NCBI RefSeq assembly: GCF_036365525.1
Contig: NW_027141646.1
Span: 558,001 to 622,000, forward strand
Direction: 5' to 3'
Length of the DNA stretch: 64,000 nucleotides
Origin: Heterodontus francisci
Taxonomy: Eukaryota
Both the position numbers and the translations under genes were made by a program. Below the pieces are notes generated by a model. That model saw only the letters and a program-made list of their open reading frames with translations. It had not been told where the DNA came from and did no database searches. Shown here in pieces: positions 48,145 to 62,182 of this stretch. Positions within the stretch are counted from its first letter, which is position 1, and each line of letters begins with the position of its first letter.

Positions 48145-50865
48145 TCTTTATGTTGCAGTATTTTACAAAGGAATAAAATGTCAAAGCTATTACAGAATTG
48201 AAGTTGATAAAATATTCTCATCATCCAATCAGATTCATTCTCCTGCTTGTTCGACGTCGCTCTGCAGCAAGTTTGTTTCCTTCAAGTGTTTCTCCAGTTT
48301 CCTATTGAAATCATTGATTGTCTCTGCTTCCACCACACTTGTGGACAGACAGTTGCAGCAGGTAAAACAACATTCCCCTGCATCTCTTCCCCAAAATCAA
48401 TTTTCTCTCTCTCCTAGTTCTTGCACCATCAACTAATGGGAACAGGTTCTCCTTGTCTAAATTACGTACACCTGTATCAAATTTCCCCTCAATCCACATT
48501 GCTGCAAGGAGAACAACCACTTACTGAGATACACAATCCAGAGCCATCTATCCAAGCTTTTCAAGAAGAAAAGAATAGTTGTGTTGTAAGCATGGCTAGG
48601 AGCACAACACCAAGAGACTTTGAGAGATCAACTGATAGTTTCTGTCCAATACACCAGATTTTAGTTCAGTTTAGAGATACACCACTGAAACAGGCCCTTC
48701 GGCCCACCGAGACTGTGCCGACCATCAACCACCCATTTATACTAATGCTACACTAATCCCATATTCCTATCACGTCCGCACCTGTCCTATATTTCCCTAC
48801 CTACACATTGGCTAATGGCCAATTTACCTATCTACCTGCAAGTCTTTGGCATGTGGGTGGAAACTGGAGCATCCGGAGGGAACCCACGCAAACACAGGGA
48901 GACCTTGCAAACTACACACTGGCAGTGCCCAGAATTGAACTCGGGTCACTGGAGCTGTGAGGCTAACCACTGCACCACTGAACACTGCTCACCGCTGTGT
49001 AAAGTTCAGAGCATTTACATAGCTTACATTTATGCAAGAGCCGCAATGTCAAGGTTGGATTGTAAAGCATGACGTTCATCTTCACTGAACTATGTCAAAA
49101 TGTCATGTTGAGAAATGTGTCAGTGTGGAAGATGCACGTAGCCATTGGAAAAAAAGGCAAGTCATGTAGCTGGAGGAGAATCCACAATGTGGGGGCGATG
49201 GACCGTGACATATTTTACGTTTGTAAAAAAATAAGGACAGCGAAAGTAATCGGACGAATGATATGCTTTGTACATCAATATATTGAAGTCTGTTTGATCT
49301 GTTGCTTGCTTTATTATGAAATGTGTTTTCAAGTCTATACTTTGTTTAAACCTTTGTGTGAGAACAATGGGAGAGACACCAGCACTCCTTGCAGGCAGAG
49401 AGATGAGATGAAGGCAGAATTAAAGAAAAAAAAAGTTCTGGCATCAGCAAGAATGTAACCTTTAGGATCCTTGCTAAAATAGAAAGAATCGGGTAACATC
49501 TGTAATGTGTGTAGATTCAACCATCCTTGTCCTGCGAATCTGCAGAGAGTCCAACAGGTAAAAGTGGTTCAGTGAGAAATACAGTATTTGTTCATAATCT
49601 GGCCCTGTTTTGAGTTTGGAAATAATAGAGAGGTTGGCTCTGGTACAATATGTCAGCGAGAGACTAGTTCACATTTTTCTATCTTGAATAAGTATTTACC
49701 GAAATAGAACAGGATCTCTGTCAATGTGTTACATTGTATAAACGTCACAGGCCACTTCCCCTCCCTATTATATCGCCCTGCTCTCGATCTCCTCCCTATC
49801 CAGTTCATTATTATTGCTGATCATTATATTGGCTTATTTATTCTCTGCCATGTCAGACAGTCCCTCGTGATCAGGGATGACGTTTTTCCACTCCAGTTTT
49901 ATGGGTTCTGAAATGGCTGATAAGTCCAATGCATGATCTGCAGACTCTGTCACATCAGGGACAGGTGGTGCTGGAAGGATCAGGTAAATGACTGCATCGG
50001 AGGTTTGGGTGCTCCCTTCGCTGCCTCGAGTTCACCTTTGCATGTTCCTGACAAATATCCCTGAAGTGTACAATGTCTTCCCAAATGAGGGATAATTTGA
50101 GGACATCTCTGAAGTGTTTCCACTGTCCTCCTGGGGTTCTCCTACCTTGACCAAGTTCTGAGTAGAACAGCTGCTTCGGGATATTGGATTTACAGGTTCT
50201 TGGAGAGGCGCCTATTCATGGTAAGTGAAAGACTAACACTGACTGTCTCGACACATGTCAGTTGCTGTCTGCGAGTGAGAGGCACTGGAACACTTTCCCT
50301 TACATAATGTCCCAGACACAGTAAGGCAAGATGGAGTGGACAAGCCTCTGTCTTTCTCCGGCACTGAATTATAGTGAGTTGGATGTTTAGTCAGTCCCGA
50401 ACTGTCCTTGATGGGTGAGTAGGCAACGGAATCGAGATCAGTTCCCGTCCCTGTGTGACAGTCACTCCTACTGTCCTGTGTGTGCAGGATTAACCCTGAG
50501 TCCCTCTATCCAGCTCTGTCTGTTATCTCTGCAAAAATGTTGAACCTTTCACTTGTTGATCTGCTCAAAACGAGTTCAAGACCCAAGTAGTGAACAGAAT
50601 GTCTCATTAATTCTTTGAATAATACTATGATTGAACAGCAGGTTATGATCGACTCAGCCAAAGTTTAGAAAAATTCCTGTCAATAAATCGTTCAAAAGGG
50701 AGAGCGATGATCTCCTGGCTCCGAGTGTTTAAGGGATACAGGGCAAGGAATCGGCAACTAACCCCAGAGATTCACAGCAAAGACTGTGTACATGAGGACA
50801 TTTAACAACCGGGAGCTGGAACTCTGGGACGGGCTCTATTGTCACTGTGTTTGTGTGTCCGGTGA
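48145..50865 (-). repeat. Right arm of the second inverted duplication
   Basis: Reverse complement of 45285-46400 and then 42480-43815. Confidence 0.88.
48661..48980 (-). mobile_element. tRNA-derived V-SINE (HE1-like)
   Basis: V-domain ggagcatccggagggaacccacgcaaacacagggagaccttgcaaactacacac, B-box-like aattgaactcggg, LINE-type tail aaacaggcccttcggccc; absent from the mirror arm at ~45830. Confidence 0.85.
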
Positions 50866-50867
50866 GT

Positions 50868-51232
50868 CCAGTCACACTCACTCCACCGCTCGATCCCTGT
50901 AGCTCTGCACGTTTAATACCTTCAAACGCTGTGTCAATAATCTCTTGAAGTCATTGATTGTCTCTACTTTCAGCTCCCTTATGGGAAGTAAGTTCCAGAT
51001 CATCACCACTCAGTCCGTAATCGCCAGACATCTCCTGCCCCAAATCCTCAATTTCCGTCACTATGTCCTTGTACAATGAGCTAATGGGAACTGTTTTTCC
51101 TTGTCTCACTTGTCATGATGTTTCACACTTGTTGTAAATGTCCCTTCAGTCAGCTCGTCCATTGATCTTGATGTCACCTATCCACCAATATCCCTGACTT
51201 TCTGAATCCCTCTGCTACTGTCTCTTCAACTG
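50868..51232 (+). repeat. Extra local copy of 4078-4442 / 51847-52212
   Basis: ccagtcacactcactccaccgctcg...tctcttcaactgt. Confidence 0.85.
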
Positions 51233-52425
51233 TAGACCTCAATTCTGGCTTCATGCAGCTTCATTTTATAACTTAAAAATTATCAATGTGATTTCCAAAT
51301 TAAAACTTACAAATAGACTCTCATCACTCATGTGCATCGCCCACAATGCTGAGCTTCGATTTTCTTTTAATGAAATCTATGTTAAACAAGACATGTCCTT
51401 TAAACTAATAAATGAGTTCTCAGTCAGCAAAAAGAGTGCAGATCTTTGTTGAACAATCATAAAAAGGGAGATAGGTAAAGTTCAGTTCACAAACAGTGCT
51501 CTGGGTAAAGATTGGACCCACACTTATATAACAGAGAATGAAAGATAAAGAGGTAAACTCACACTCACAGACCAGGAACTGATGGAGACAGAGTACAAGC
51601 TGCACACAGACAAAATATTAAAAAAACAGTTTTAAAACAGAACAAGTCAATGCAATTTATAAAATGATTCTCATCATCCATGTACGTCTCCCGTAAAGTT
51701 ATCATTTTTTGAATAAATATCGATTTAAAATAGCCTTTAAACTGATCAGTTTTCAGTCAGAAACTAATAGTAAACATAGAGTTATTTACAGCACCGAAGG
51801 AGGCTATTTGGCCCATCGAGTCCATGACTGCTCTCCACAGTGCAATCCAGTCACACTCACTCCACCGCTCGATCCCTGTAGCTCTGCAAGTTTAATTCCT
51901 TCAAATGCTGTGTCAATAATCTCTTGAATAATTGATTGTCTCTACTTCCAGCTCCGTTGTGGGAAGTGAGTTCCAGATCATCACCACACACACCGTGTTC
52001 GCAGCAATTCTCCTGCCCAAAATCCTCAATTTCTGTCACTGTGTCCTTGTACAATGAGCTAATGGGAACTGTTTATCCTGGTCTCAGTTGTCATGATGTT
52101 TCACACTTGTTATAAATCTCCTTTCAGTCAGCTCGTCCACTGATCTTGCCTGTCACCTATCCACTAATATCCCTGACATTCTGACTCCCTCCACTACTGT
52201 CTCTTCAACTGTTTCAATGTTGTTGATCCAATGGAGAACAAACCCATCTCTACTTCACACATTCTGATAAATCTCCTCTGTACCCTCAAATAACCAGAAC
52301 TGGATGCAATACTCCACTACAACCCCGTCACCGTGTTTATTTTACACATCCGTCTGTCTTGTTTCGAAAGAAACAGTGCACTCGAATGGAACACGAAGCC
52401 CGTGCTCTTATTTTAAACATTAAGA

Positions 52426-52509
52426 CACAAGGAGTATGGAATTCAAACACACGCATGCAGATCACAACAGATTAGCTGTTCATCGTTTTAATCACTCGGC
52501 CACCTTGTC
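52426..52509 (-). pseudogene. tRNA-Ser(GCT) pseudogene, duplicate
   Basis: Paralog of 4661-4744, also inside the ~90-bp inverted repeat. Confidence 0.8.
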
Positions 52510-52709
52510 TTCTGTGAGTAAGCTGAAGTGAGGAGGAATGATCCGGGCAGAATTAAAAAGTTGACGGGCTGGTGCCAACAGAACTGAAACAGTTGAAGAG
52601 AGAGTAGCAGAGGGAGTGAGAAAGTCAGGGATATCGGTGGATAGGTGACAGGCAAAAGCAATGGATGAGCTGACTGCGGCGAAATATTGTGGCTTCGCGG
52701 AGCACTAAA

Positions 52710-52895
52710 TGTGATTGGTTACTTTAGATACCCAATCAGGTAAATACAGAATCTCAAGAATTGACTTCATTGTGAACCAGCCAATTAAGAACATGGTTTT
52801 CACCCATCCTTCATTAACATAGATCTCTGGGGATGTGTATAAAATGCGAGTTCCGAACTTTAAGAGCCACCCACAACGTCTCTCAAAGAGCTACA
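52710..52895 (+). pseudogene. Histone gene shell (probably H2B), duplicate
   Basis: CCAAT boxes, cttcattaacat, tataaaa at 52838, then tttaagagccacccac..tctcaaagagct. Confidence 0.65.
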
Positions 52896-53828
52896 ACATT
52901 AATCTCTATAATATCAATTTGTTTTGATATTTTTAGCAAGTATTTTCTAACGGCCTTTGTGATCTCTGTTTTAATCCCACAGATTCTGGTTAATACAGTT
53001 TCACTGCCCGTGCGATCTTCCTGTCTCTACTTAATAATGTCCCGATCATTAATTACTGACCATTTGTGAGCTTTGTTCACGGACGCGTTCATATTCGGCC
53101 CCTCTGCTGTATTTCGATAATAAAATCTGATTTAACGCACAGGCATCATTTCTCAGTCACTCATATCTCGAGATCAAAGTTTGTCCTCAATAAGTAATCA
53201 GCACATTATCTAGAAACCCCGGTGGTGTGGGAACCCTCAGTCTCACTCTTTGACACCTGACACTAAGATTATACACTCCGCTGTTGTCTCTCACCAATAG
53301 GGATCAATCTATAGTCAGTGATGCGGTATCATTAGGAACATTGAGCTGAAATGGTGACAGAATGCTGTGAAAGAGGCTTTCTGTCCGCTGGTTATAGAAT
53401 GTTTCAAAAAGGATAGAGAGTAAACCCGAATAGATGGCGGAATGTGAAAGTGAATCTGGAAATTGCTACCACATGTGGAATAATACAATATGAAAAAGAT
53501 TTTAAAATATTTGCTGTCAAACCAAGTTACCTATAAATGTGATGATCTATATTGAAAACGCTCTGAATTTTACAAATATATTGGCGGGCTTTTCAAATTT
53601 GAGAAATCGTTTGCAGTCTGACAATTTCGCGCCGTTATTTTCCGCCCTCATCTCCTTGGCGTGTCCGGATTGGCAGCTCTCTGATTGGTCAAATGAAGAG
53701 TGCAATGACACCCAGTGCAGAGTGACCAATCACCAGCGCCCCCGATACCATTCCTCACGAAGGTATAAATGGGACTATTGTGGGCTTTTCTCAGCAGTTT
53801 TCCTGAAAGTGTTTGTCAGATTGTGGAA

Positions 53829-53860
53829 ATGTCTGGAAGAGGGAAGACCGGTGGGAAAGC
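53829..53860 (+). pseudogene. H2A: H2A remnant: first ~10 codons only, rest of the gene and stem-loop deleted
   Basis: atgtctggaagagggaagaccggtgggaaagc joined to ccatcgtgtcg (position ~6605 in copy 1); promoter retained at 53580-53770. Confidence 0.88.
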
Positions 53861-54436
53861 CCATCGTGTCGATGCCGGCCGAAAAACGACCCACCTATTC
53901 TAATCCCACCTTCCAGCATTCAGTCCATCGCCCTGCAGATTACAGCACTTGAGATGCATATCCAGATTCCTTTTCAATAAGTTGGGGGTCTCTGCCTCAA
54001 CTACCCTTTCAGGCAGTGTGTGGCAGACCCCCACCACCCTCTGGGTGAAAATAAAATCCTCGTTTTCCCTCTAATTTTTCTACCAATCACTTTAAACATA
54101 TGCCCCATTGTCAATGACCTCTCTGCTAAGACTCTTCACCTCCACTCTGTCCAGTCCCGCCAAAATGTTGTACATTTCAATCAGATCTTCCCTCAGCCTT
54201 CTCCGTACTGGATTCGGGCATTTAGCGGCTTCCCTCTTGTGATATTTGTCAGGGATTTTAGCAATTCTACCGTATATACAAACGAAAGCTTTTACACAAT
54301 GATCGGCAAATAAAGCTTTTGTTTAGTCCTAAACTGCTCGCCCCTCCAATAAAATGATCTGTGCACATTGGTTTCGCTGCTCTAGACCACATTTCTCTGC
54401 TGCAGAGATCGCAGCTCTTTGTCTTGCCGATTTGGT

Positions 54437-54452
54437 GGCTCTTAAAAGAGCC
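54437..54452 (-). terminator. Histone 3' stem-loop (intact H3)
   Basis: ggctcttttaagagcc-acca with HDE caaagagctg. Confidence 0.93.
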
Positions 54453-54495
54453 GTTGTGTTATTTGATGCCAAACTCAGTTCGGGGCAGGGTGAGT

Positions 54496-54963
<468 letters not shown>

Positions 54964-55231
54964 CTATTTAAGACAGTAGAGGGACCGCCCTAGTGTTGTG
55001 ATTGGATGCAGCCCCGTCCATCAGTCAAGTTTGAAACCAGCTCTGGGAAGGAAAAGGGCGGCGGGAAATGCTGGGCCCTGATTGGTTGAACTGCAACTGA
55101 AACTGAAATTTAATGAATTTCAAAAAGCCCGCCAATCTCAGATTAGCAAACAAGGCAAAGATTTTTTTTGAAACGACACCTAATATAACGGGAACAATTA
55201 TAAAATCTCACTCCCTGTAGCTTTATTTGTT

Positions 55232-55388
55232 ATTCATTGGTCAAGTGGTCATTGGATAGACATATGGATGAAAATGGAATAGTGTATGTCAGATGGTGTA
55301 GATTAGATTAGAATTAGAATTAGGTTGCACGGGTCGGCGCAACATCGAGGGCCGAAGTGCGCTGTAATGTTCTAATTCTAATTCTAAA
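55232..55388 (+). mobile_element. Short CR1-type 3' tail insertion with (ttctaa)n end, specific to copy 2
   Basis: ggtcggcgcaacatcgagggccgaag..ctgtaatgttctaattctaattctaa; empty site at ~7905. Confidence 0.7.
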
Positions 55389-55770
55389 GTCCTAGATCCC
55401 CCTCTGTGTCTTTCAACACAGTTTGAATAGTGGTCTCTGGCGGGAATAAAGCGCCAGTCATTACTAACTATAACGGCAGTAAATCCCGCTTCGTGCCGGC
55501 AGTTCAGTCCCTCACGTATAAATTATCAAATGCAACCGTTTAATTCATGATGCGTTTGATAAACAATGAACAAAAAAAGACAGTGAAATTTCTGTGATAT
55601 GTAAATTTAATGAGAGACTGTAATGATGAATAAAGCCGTTGTTGATAAAGATAAACAATATGCAGATAACTTGATCTTATTAATTCCAATTCCAATGTCA
55701 CTGCTATCTATGTGAGTCTTTGGGTGGCTCTTGGAAGAGCCTTTGTGTTTGGTAGAAAGGGTGGATTTGT

Positions 55771-56097
<327 letters not shown>

Positions 56098-56877
56098 TCA
56101 AATCACTGCTGAATGAGAAACGAGCTGTTTCTGCTGTCTTTTTTATACAGCCCGCCCGGACCTGACTGAAAAAGGGACAGAGAGTGAGAGGCGGGGCGGA
56201 GTGGAAACTGAGTGACAGACAGAGCAGAGAAATGTCTTTCATCCTCCAGCTCCGCCTCCCACTTGCTCGAACCGCCAATTTAAAAAAAAACATTGCTCAA
56301 CAACAGAGCTCAGCACAAAACTTCCAGACGCGGCCTTTCTAGTCAATGATAACAGAAACCCAGAGCTTTTAGATAAGGATCTATAACAATTAAAAGTTGA
56401 TCATATATCCGCCTAAGTACAGTGCTTCCGATCACAAGTCAACCCGTTTCCACACACCTCCCCTCCCAGACGGATTGATCAGTTTACTAACACCTTACCC
56501 CAGCTGAATTAGAGAAACTCATGTATTGGGGTTTGAGTTGTGATTTGGGGTTTCTCGCCAGTATTCCTGTGTTAGACCCTCTCACTCTGAATTAGTGAAA
56601 CGAGCATGAACTGAGACTGTACCGAACGTATCCCCAGTTACAGTGAGGCCGGGACATCCCTCTGTTTTGTTACAGGGAGTAGGGGAAGGGCTGAGTGTAG
56701 TGTATATCAGTGAGTCACCAGGGATCCTGCATTTACTTCCCATAATTTCTATGTGAAATGTGCACACGGCGGCGGGACAGGGATCATTTGATCGGGGCAT
56801 CAGCTCTTTCCTGAGAGATGTGGGTGGCTCTGAAAAGAGCCCTTGGGTTCAGATGTCTACAAGTTTTCCGTGCAGTT

Positions 56878-57566
56878 TCACTTCTTTCCAGGGGCTGCTT
56901 TCTGAGCCTTTGCTGCTTTCGGTTTGGTCTTGCCCCTTGATGATTGAACTTTCTTGAGTGCCTTTCCGCCCGTGGCACTCTTGGTTTTTTGGCCTTCTTC
57001 ACAGGAGACTTTTTCGGAAGCGCTGCTTTCTTCGCTGGGGATTTCTTTGGCGTTGCCGCCTTCTTGCTGGCCACTTTCTTGCCTGCTGCTTTCTTCGATG
57101 CCGATTTCTTGGCTGCTAGTTTCTTGACTGGTAATTTCTTGGCTGCTGATTTCTTTGCTGTCACTTTCTTGCCAGCTGTTTTCTTCACTGAAGGTTTTTT
57201 GGCTGCTCCTGACTTCACTTTCTTTCCCACATTTCCCTTGGTTCCCTGCTTAGGGATTCTCAAGGAGCCGGAGGCGCCCGTTCCACTGTTCTGCACCAGG
57301 GAGCCTTTGTTCACATTCCTCCTGATACTTTGCTTGATTTGGGTCCTGAACTTACCCACATCCACACCGCTCCTACTCATAGCCTTCTTAATGGAGGGCA
57401 GTGAGGTCCCCCTGTGATTGGAGCAATACGCCACAATCTTGAGGATCTTCTCGCTCAACGTGGGACCGGCTGAATTGTTCCGGGGAGCCGCTTTCTTCTT
57501 CTTGGGTGTCTTGACTTGAGCGGCGGCGGCTGGAGGAGCCGTTTCGCCGGCTGCTGTGTCGGTCAT
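56878..57566 (-). pseudogene. H1: Histone H1 with a 1-bp deletion in the C-terminal tail (~56983), reading through the stem-loop at 56826-56841
   Basis: 689 nt vs 690 in copy 1; N-terminal and globular domains and most of the tail are intact; could be a sequencing indel. Confidence 0.8.
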
Positions 57567-58194
57567 GTCCAGGACTCTGCACAAATTCTCTCTGTCAGTA
57601 GGAACTGGGTCAGAAATGAAGCCGGTGGTGGCGGCACTGAGCAACTTAAAGGCAGTGAGCGGACGGAGGCGGAGGCAACCTGCTGTCAGCTCCCGGCTCC
57701 TGCTGCCTCTCTGTGTTTCTCTTTGGCCCTAAACTCTCCAATTCCACTGAAATTCGGGTACTGCAGAGTCCCAGACTAGATCCTTCCTGTCTCTGACATC
57801 AGAATGCTTGCTGTCGAAAGGTTTGCACTTGAAGTAAAGACTCCATTTTTGACTGAAACCTTTTTTATTGCTGCACTGATGGCGCTCTCTCCCCCGATAG
57901 CTGACGTGTTCTCTACATTTTGACTGAAATCTTGAAATCAACAAAGAAACTACACTGAATTCCCACTTTGGGAATGAGAAGGGGAGCAATGTGCTTCTTT
58001 GACTGGCAAATCTTGTTACTTGACACAAGGGGGACTCGGAAATCCGGCGATGAGTCCTGACCCACAAACACAGTGACATTAGACTAACCCGCCTGCCCCT
58101 TTAATACACTCTCTCTTACACAATATTCACATCTACACATTCTCATGCCGAACTGTTCGAAAAATGTAGAGTTCCCAGGACAGGTTTTGATCTC

Positions 58195-59215
58195 AATGCT
58201 GAGGTAAATAGACCCTTCAGCTCCACTCTATCCAGGCCCTTCAGCATTTTATACATTTCAATCAGATCTCCCGTCAGCCTTCTGTGTTCCAAGGAGAACA
58301 ACCACAGTCTATTCAATCTTTCCTCAGAGCTGCATTTTTCAGTCCCGGCAACATGCTCGTAAATCTCCTCTGTACTCTCTCGAGTGCAGTTACATCCTTT
58401 CTGTAATGACGTGACCAGAACTGCACACAGAACTCAAGTTCTGGCCTAACCAATGATGATAAAGTTCCAGCATACCCTTCCTCCTCTTATATTCTATAAC
58501 TCGGCCAATAAAGGAAAGGATTCCATATGTCTTCTTAACCATATTACCGCCCTACTCTGTTACCTTCAGGGATCCGTGGACATTTACTAGAAGGTCACTC
58601 ACCTCCTCTGCTCCTCTCAGTATTTTCCCATTAATCGTGTATTGCTTTGCATTGTTTGACCTCCCCAAGGGCATCACGTCACACTTCTCCGGATTGAATT
58701 CTATTTGCCACTTTTCTGCCCTTCTGACCTGACCACAAACATCTTCCTCCGGTCCACAGCAATCCTCCTCGCTATCAACCACACGGCCAATATTGGTGTC
58801 GTCTGCAAACGTCTTGATCGTGTCCCTCAACATTTATGTCCAAATTGTTTGTATCGATCATCAACAAAACAGGGGACCCATTACTGAGCCCTGGGGAAAA
58901 CCACTGGAAACAGCCCTCCAAGTCTCAAAAGCAGCCTTCAACAATTCCTGCCACTGAGCCAATTTTGCATCCACCTTGCTGCATTTCCCTGGATCCCATG
59001 AGATTTTATTTTTTAAAGATTCTGTATTTTGGGACCTTGTCAAAAGCTAAAATTCATGTGGAATCCATCAACAGTACCACCCTCAGCGAACATCCTTTTT
59101 CAAATTCAATTCAGTTTGTATGTGCCTTTCTAAGTGACAGTTTATCTTTTCTCTCAGAATAGATTTCAATAGTTTTCCCACTACTGAGGTTAGACTGAGT
59201 CGCCTGTAATTATTG
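58195..59215 (-). mobile_element. CR1-like LINE RT fragment (duplicate of 10700-11720)
   Basis: KTFADDTNIG, FNPEKCDVM, SGFPQGSVMGPLF. Confidence 0.9.
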
Positions 59216-59739
59216 AGCTGTCGACTGAAATGTAAGATTCGTTTTTATCTCGAAAGATCCGCCTGGGGAAACAGACGTTACAATCTCATCTCTCACTGAT
59301 ATGGTGCCAACGGAGGACACATTATTAATCTCACAGTCCGGGAAAGTGTCAGAGAGTGAGGCATACAATGTCCCAAGTGTAACTTTCTCTGCCCTGTTGA
59401 ACTCTCTGTAATCTTTCAGCTCAAACCCTTCGCTATGACTCTCAGCGACAGACAGTTTCAATCTGATTAAATTGATCTGTGACTGTAACTGTCAGAAATT
59501 GACTCCTGCGCCATTCCTGCAAACACATCGACTCCCTCGGAGGATCACTTTGAGAATTCGAGCGAATGAACAGCAAACATATTGCAGAGAATGATCTCAA
59601 GTTGAGCATGGTAAAAGGGTAATCTCCCAGCTGGAAACCTTCTCTAATCTTGCCCACAGTCCCGGTTCCATTGCTCAAAATCAGATAAAACTGAACTGGC
59701 GAAAGTTCCGATTGTTTTTTGTTTTTCAAACCATTGCCG

Positions 59740-60122
59740 AATGAGGCGCATGCGCGGTACAGCACCGCCCCCACCAGTGATTGTGAATGAGCGAAGGAGC
59801 GCAATGCGCGCTCCCCTCCGCCAGCAAATCCGTTGAAAGCCATTTACTCAGTGAGCGGAAAGAGTTAGTTTTTAACAGAGGGAATGGAGATATTACGGCC
59901 TCGGGGTAAGGCAGCAACAGCAATCTGCTTCCAGCAGCACATTGCTTTGGGACCCTGTCCGCAGTCTGGATCAGAGATCGCCATTGACTCCGGAGCAAGT
60001 TCAGGGGGAGTCGCGGGCTGTTTGTGAGAGGCAATGTGGAGGATGAACTGATCCCGCAACATGGAGTGAGCGGCGGAATGGAGAGGCCTTCCTCGGCCTG
60101 TGTTTGTGCACTGGGTAAGTGA
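59740..60122 (+). promoter_or_regulatory. CpG-rich promoter and first exon of the unknown repeated unit (copy D)
   Basis: gcgcatgcgc, ccgcccc, ATG 59884, donor after 59905, second donor ctgg|gtaagt at ~60115. Confidence 0.6.
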
Positions 60123-60860
60123 GACAGAACGTGAATAAGCTGCTGTTGAAAGTCTTTGCTGATTCTCGCCTCAGTTCTGTGATGCATGTTCGTGGTTTAA
60201 CTCCAGTTTCACGCTGTTTACTGTGAGTGTACAGTGAATAGTTGAATCAAGATCCAGGCTGCACAGTTTCAGAATAAGGAGTCTCCCATTTTAGACGGTG
60301 GTAAGGAGGAATTTCTTCTCTCAAAGCGTCAGTCATCTTTGGAATTCTCTACCTCAGGGAGCACTGGAGGCTGGGTTGTTAAATATATTCAAGGATGAGT
60401 TAAACTTTTGATCTCCATGGGAGTAATTTGTTCGGGGAGCAGGTAGGATAATGGAGCTGAATCCAGGATCAGATCAGCCATGATCTCATTGAATGGCGGA
60501 TCAGACTCGAGAGGCTGAATGGCCTACTCCTGCTCCTACTTCTTAGGTTCTTATGTTATAATGTCAGATGGAAATAGAAACCTGATCTGTACAAACATCC
60601 CTCAGGTTATCCCAATCTTGGAGCAGTGCAGATGTTGCCTTGTTTCTGGATGTCACTAAATTGTTGTAAATCGGCCAAAACACCTGGTCAGCAGATGCTG
60701 AGATCTGCAGTGAAATCAGACACTGACATTCTTTGTATTTCTGGTGAGTATTTGTGGTTAGTAATAATGATTATGGATTGAAATGTTACATTAATCTCTT
60801 TTCTAGCTTCCACCTCAACTGATCTTCAGTTCCAAGATATGTTGTTCTTCCTTTCTGTAG

Positions 60861-61118
60861 GCAAATACTTCAAGGGAACAGAATGAATGTGATGATTCCC
60901 AGGTACAAGGAAATGTGCAGTCAGCTACTTGCAACACAGAGTTGGTATGCTATCACTCCCAGAGGCCATCAGTTAATTCCAGAGTCACATGGAGCAGAAG
61001 TAGTCAAACTCTCACTGATCCCAAGTTCAGAGACACATTTTCAATCCAGCAATCAAACAAAGCAGAAGAGACAGACATTGTGTCCAATGCATTCCAGTTC
61101 TGTACTGCTGAAAGTTAG
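60861..61118 (+). other. Exon-like block of the repeated unknown unit (copy D)
   Basis: gttcttcctttctgtag acceptor and ttag|gtacat donor. Confidence 0.5.
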
Positions 61119-61306
61119 GTACATCAATCTCAATTCAAAAGCACATCCACGATCAGATTGAAAGACACTATATCAATCTCACAAGAGGGACACATCCTGG
61201 ATACAGAAAGATAGAGATTGAACCGTACCCTCACATACCTGAAACTGTGTACAGTTCTGGTCACCTCATTACAGAAATGATGTAACTGCACGAGAGAGGG
61301 TAAAGA

Positions 61307-62182
61307 GGTGCTGTCTGATCATTAGTCTACAGTACTGCAGATTCCCGGTGCTGTCTGATCATTAGTCTCCAGTACTGCAGTTTCCCGGTGCTGTCTGATC
61401 ATTAGTCTACAGTACTGCAGATTCCCGGTGCTGTCTGATCACTAGTCCACAGTACTGCAGATTCCCGGTGCTGTCTGACCATTAGTCTCCAGTACTGCAG
61501 ATTCCCGGTGCTGTCTGATCATTAGTCTCCAGTACTGCAGTTTCCCGGTGCTGTCTGATCATTAGTCTAGAGTACTGCAGATTCCCGGTGCTGTCTGATC
61601 ACTAGTCCACAGTACTGCAGATTCCCGGTGCTGTCTGATCACTAGTCCACAGTACTGCAGATTCCCGGTGCTGTCTGATCATTAGTCTACAGTACTGCAG
61701 ATTCCCGGTGCTGTCTGATCACTAGTCCACAGTACTGCAGATTCCCGGTGCTGTCTGATCACTAGTCCACAGTACTGCAGATTCCCGGTGCTGTCTGATC
61801 ATTAGTCTACAGTACTGCAGATTCCCGGTGCTGCCTGATCATTAGTTTACAGTGCTGCAGATTCCCAGTGCTGTCTGATCATTAGTCTACAGTACTGCAG
61901 ATTCCCGGTGCTGTCTGATCATTAGTCTACAGTACTGCAGATTCCCGGTGCTGTCTGATCATTAGTCTACAGTACTGCAGATTCCCGGTGCTGTCTGATC
62001 ATTAGTCTACAGTACTGCACATTCCCGGTGCTGTCTGATCATTAGTCTACAGTACTGCAGATTCCCGGTGCTGTCTGATCATTAGTCTACAGTACTGCAG
62101 ATTCCAGGTGCTGTCTGATCATTAGTCTACAGTACTGCATATTCCCAGTGCTGTCTGATCATTGGTCTACAGTACTGCAGAT
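61307..62182 (-). repeat. 40-bp minisatellite (~22 units)
   Basis: ggtgctgtctgatcattagtctacagtactgcagattccc in tandem. Confidence 0.98.

Noticed and set aside
56784-57644. 286-aa extended H1 as a novel variant
   Set aside because: The N-terminal extension starts at a non-ATG codon next to the TATA box, and the novel C terminus comes from a 1-bp deletion reading through the stem-loop
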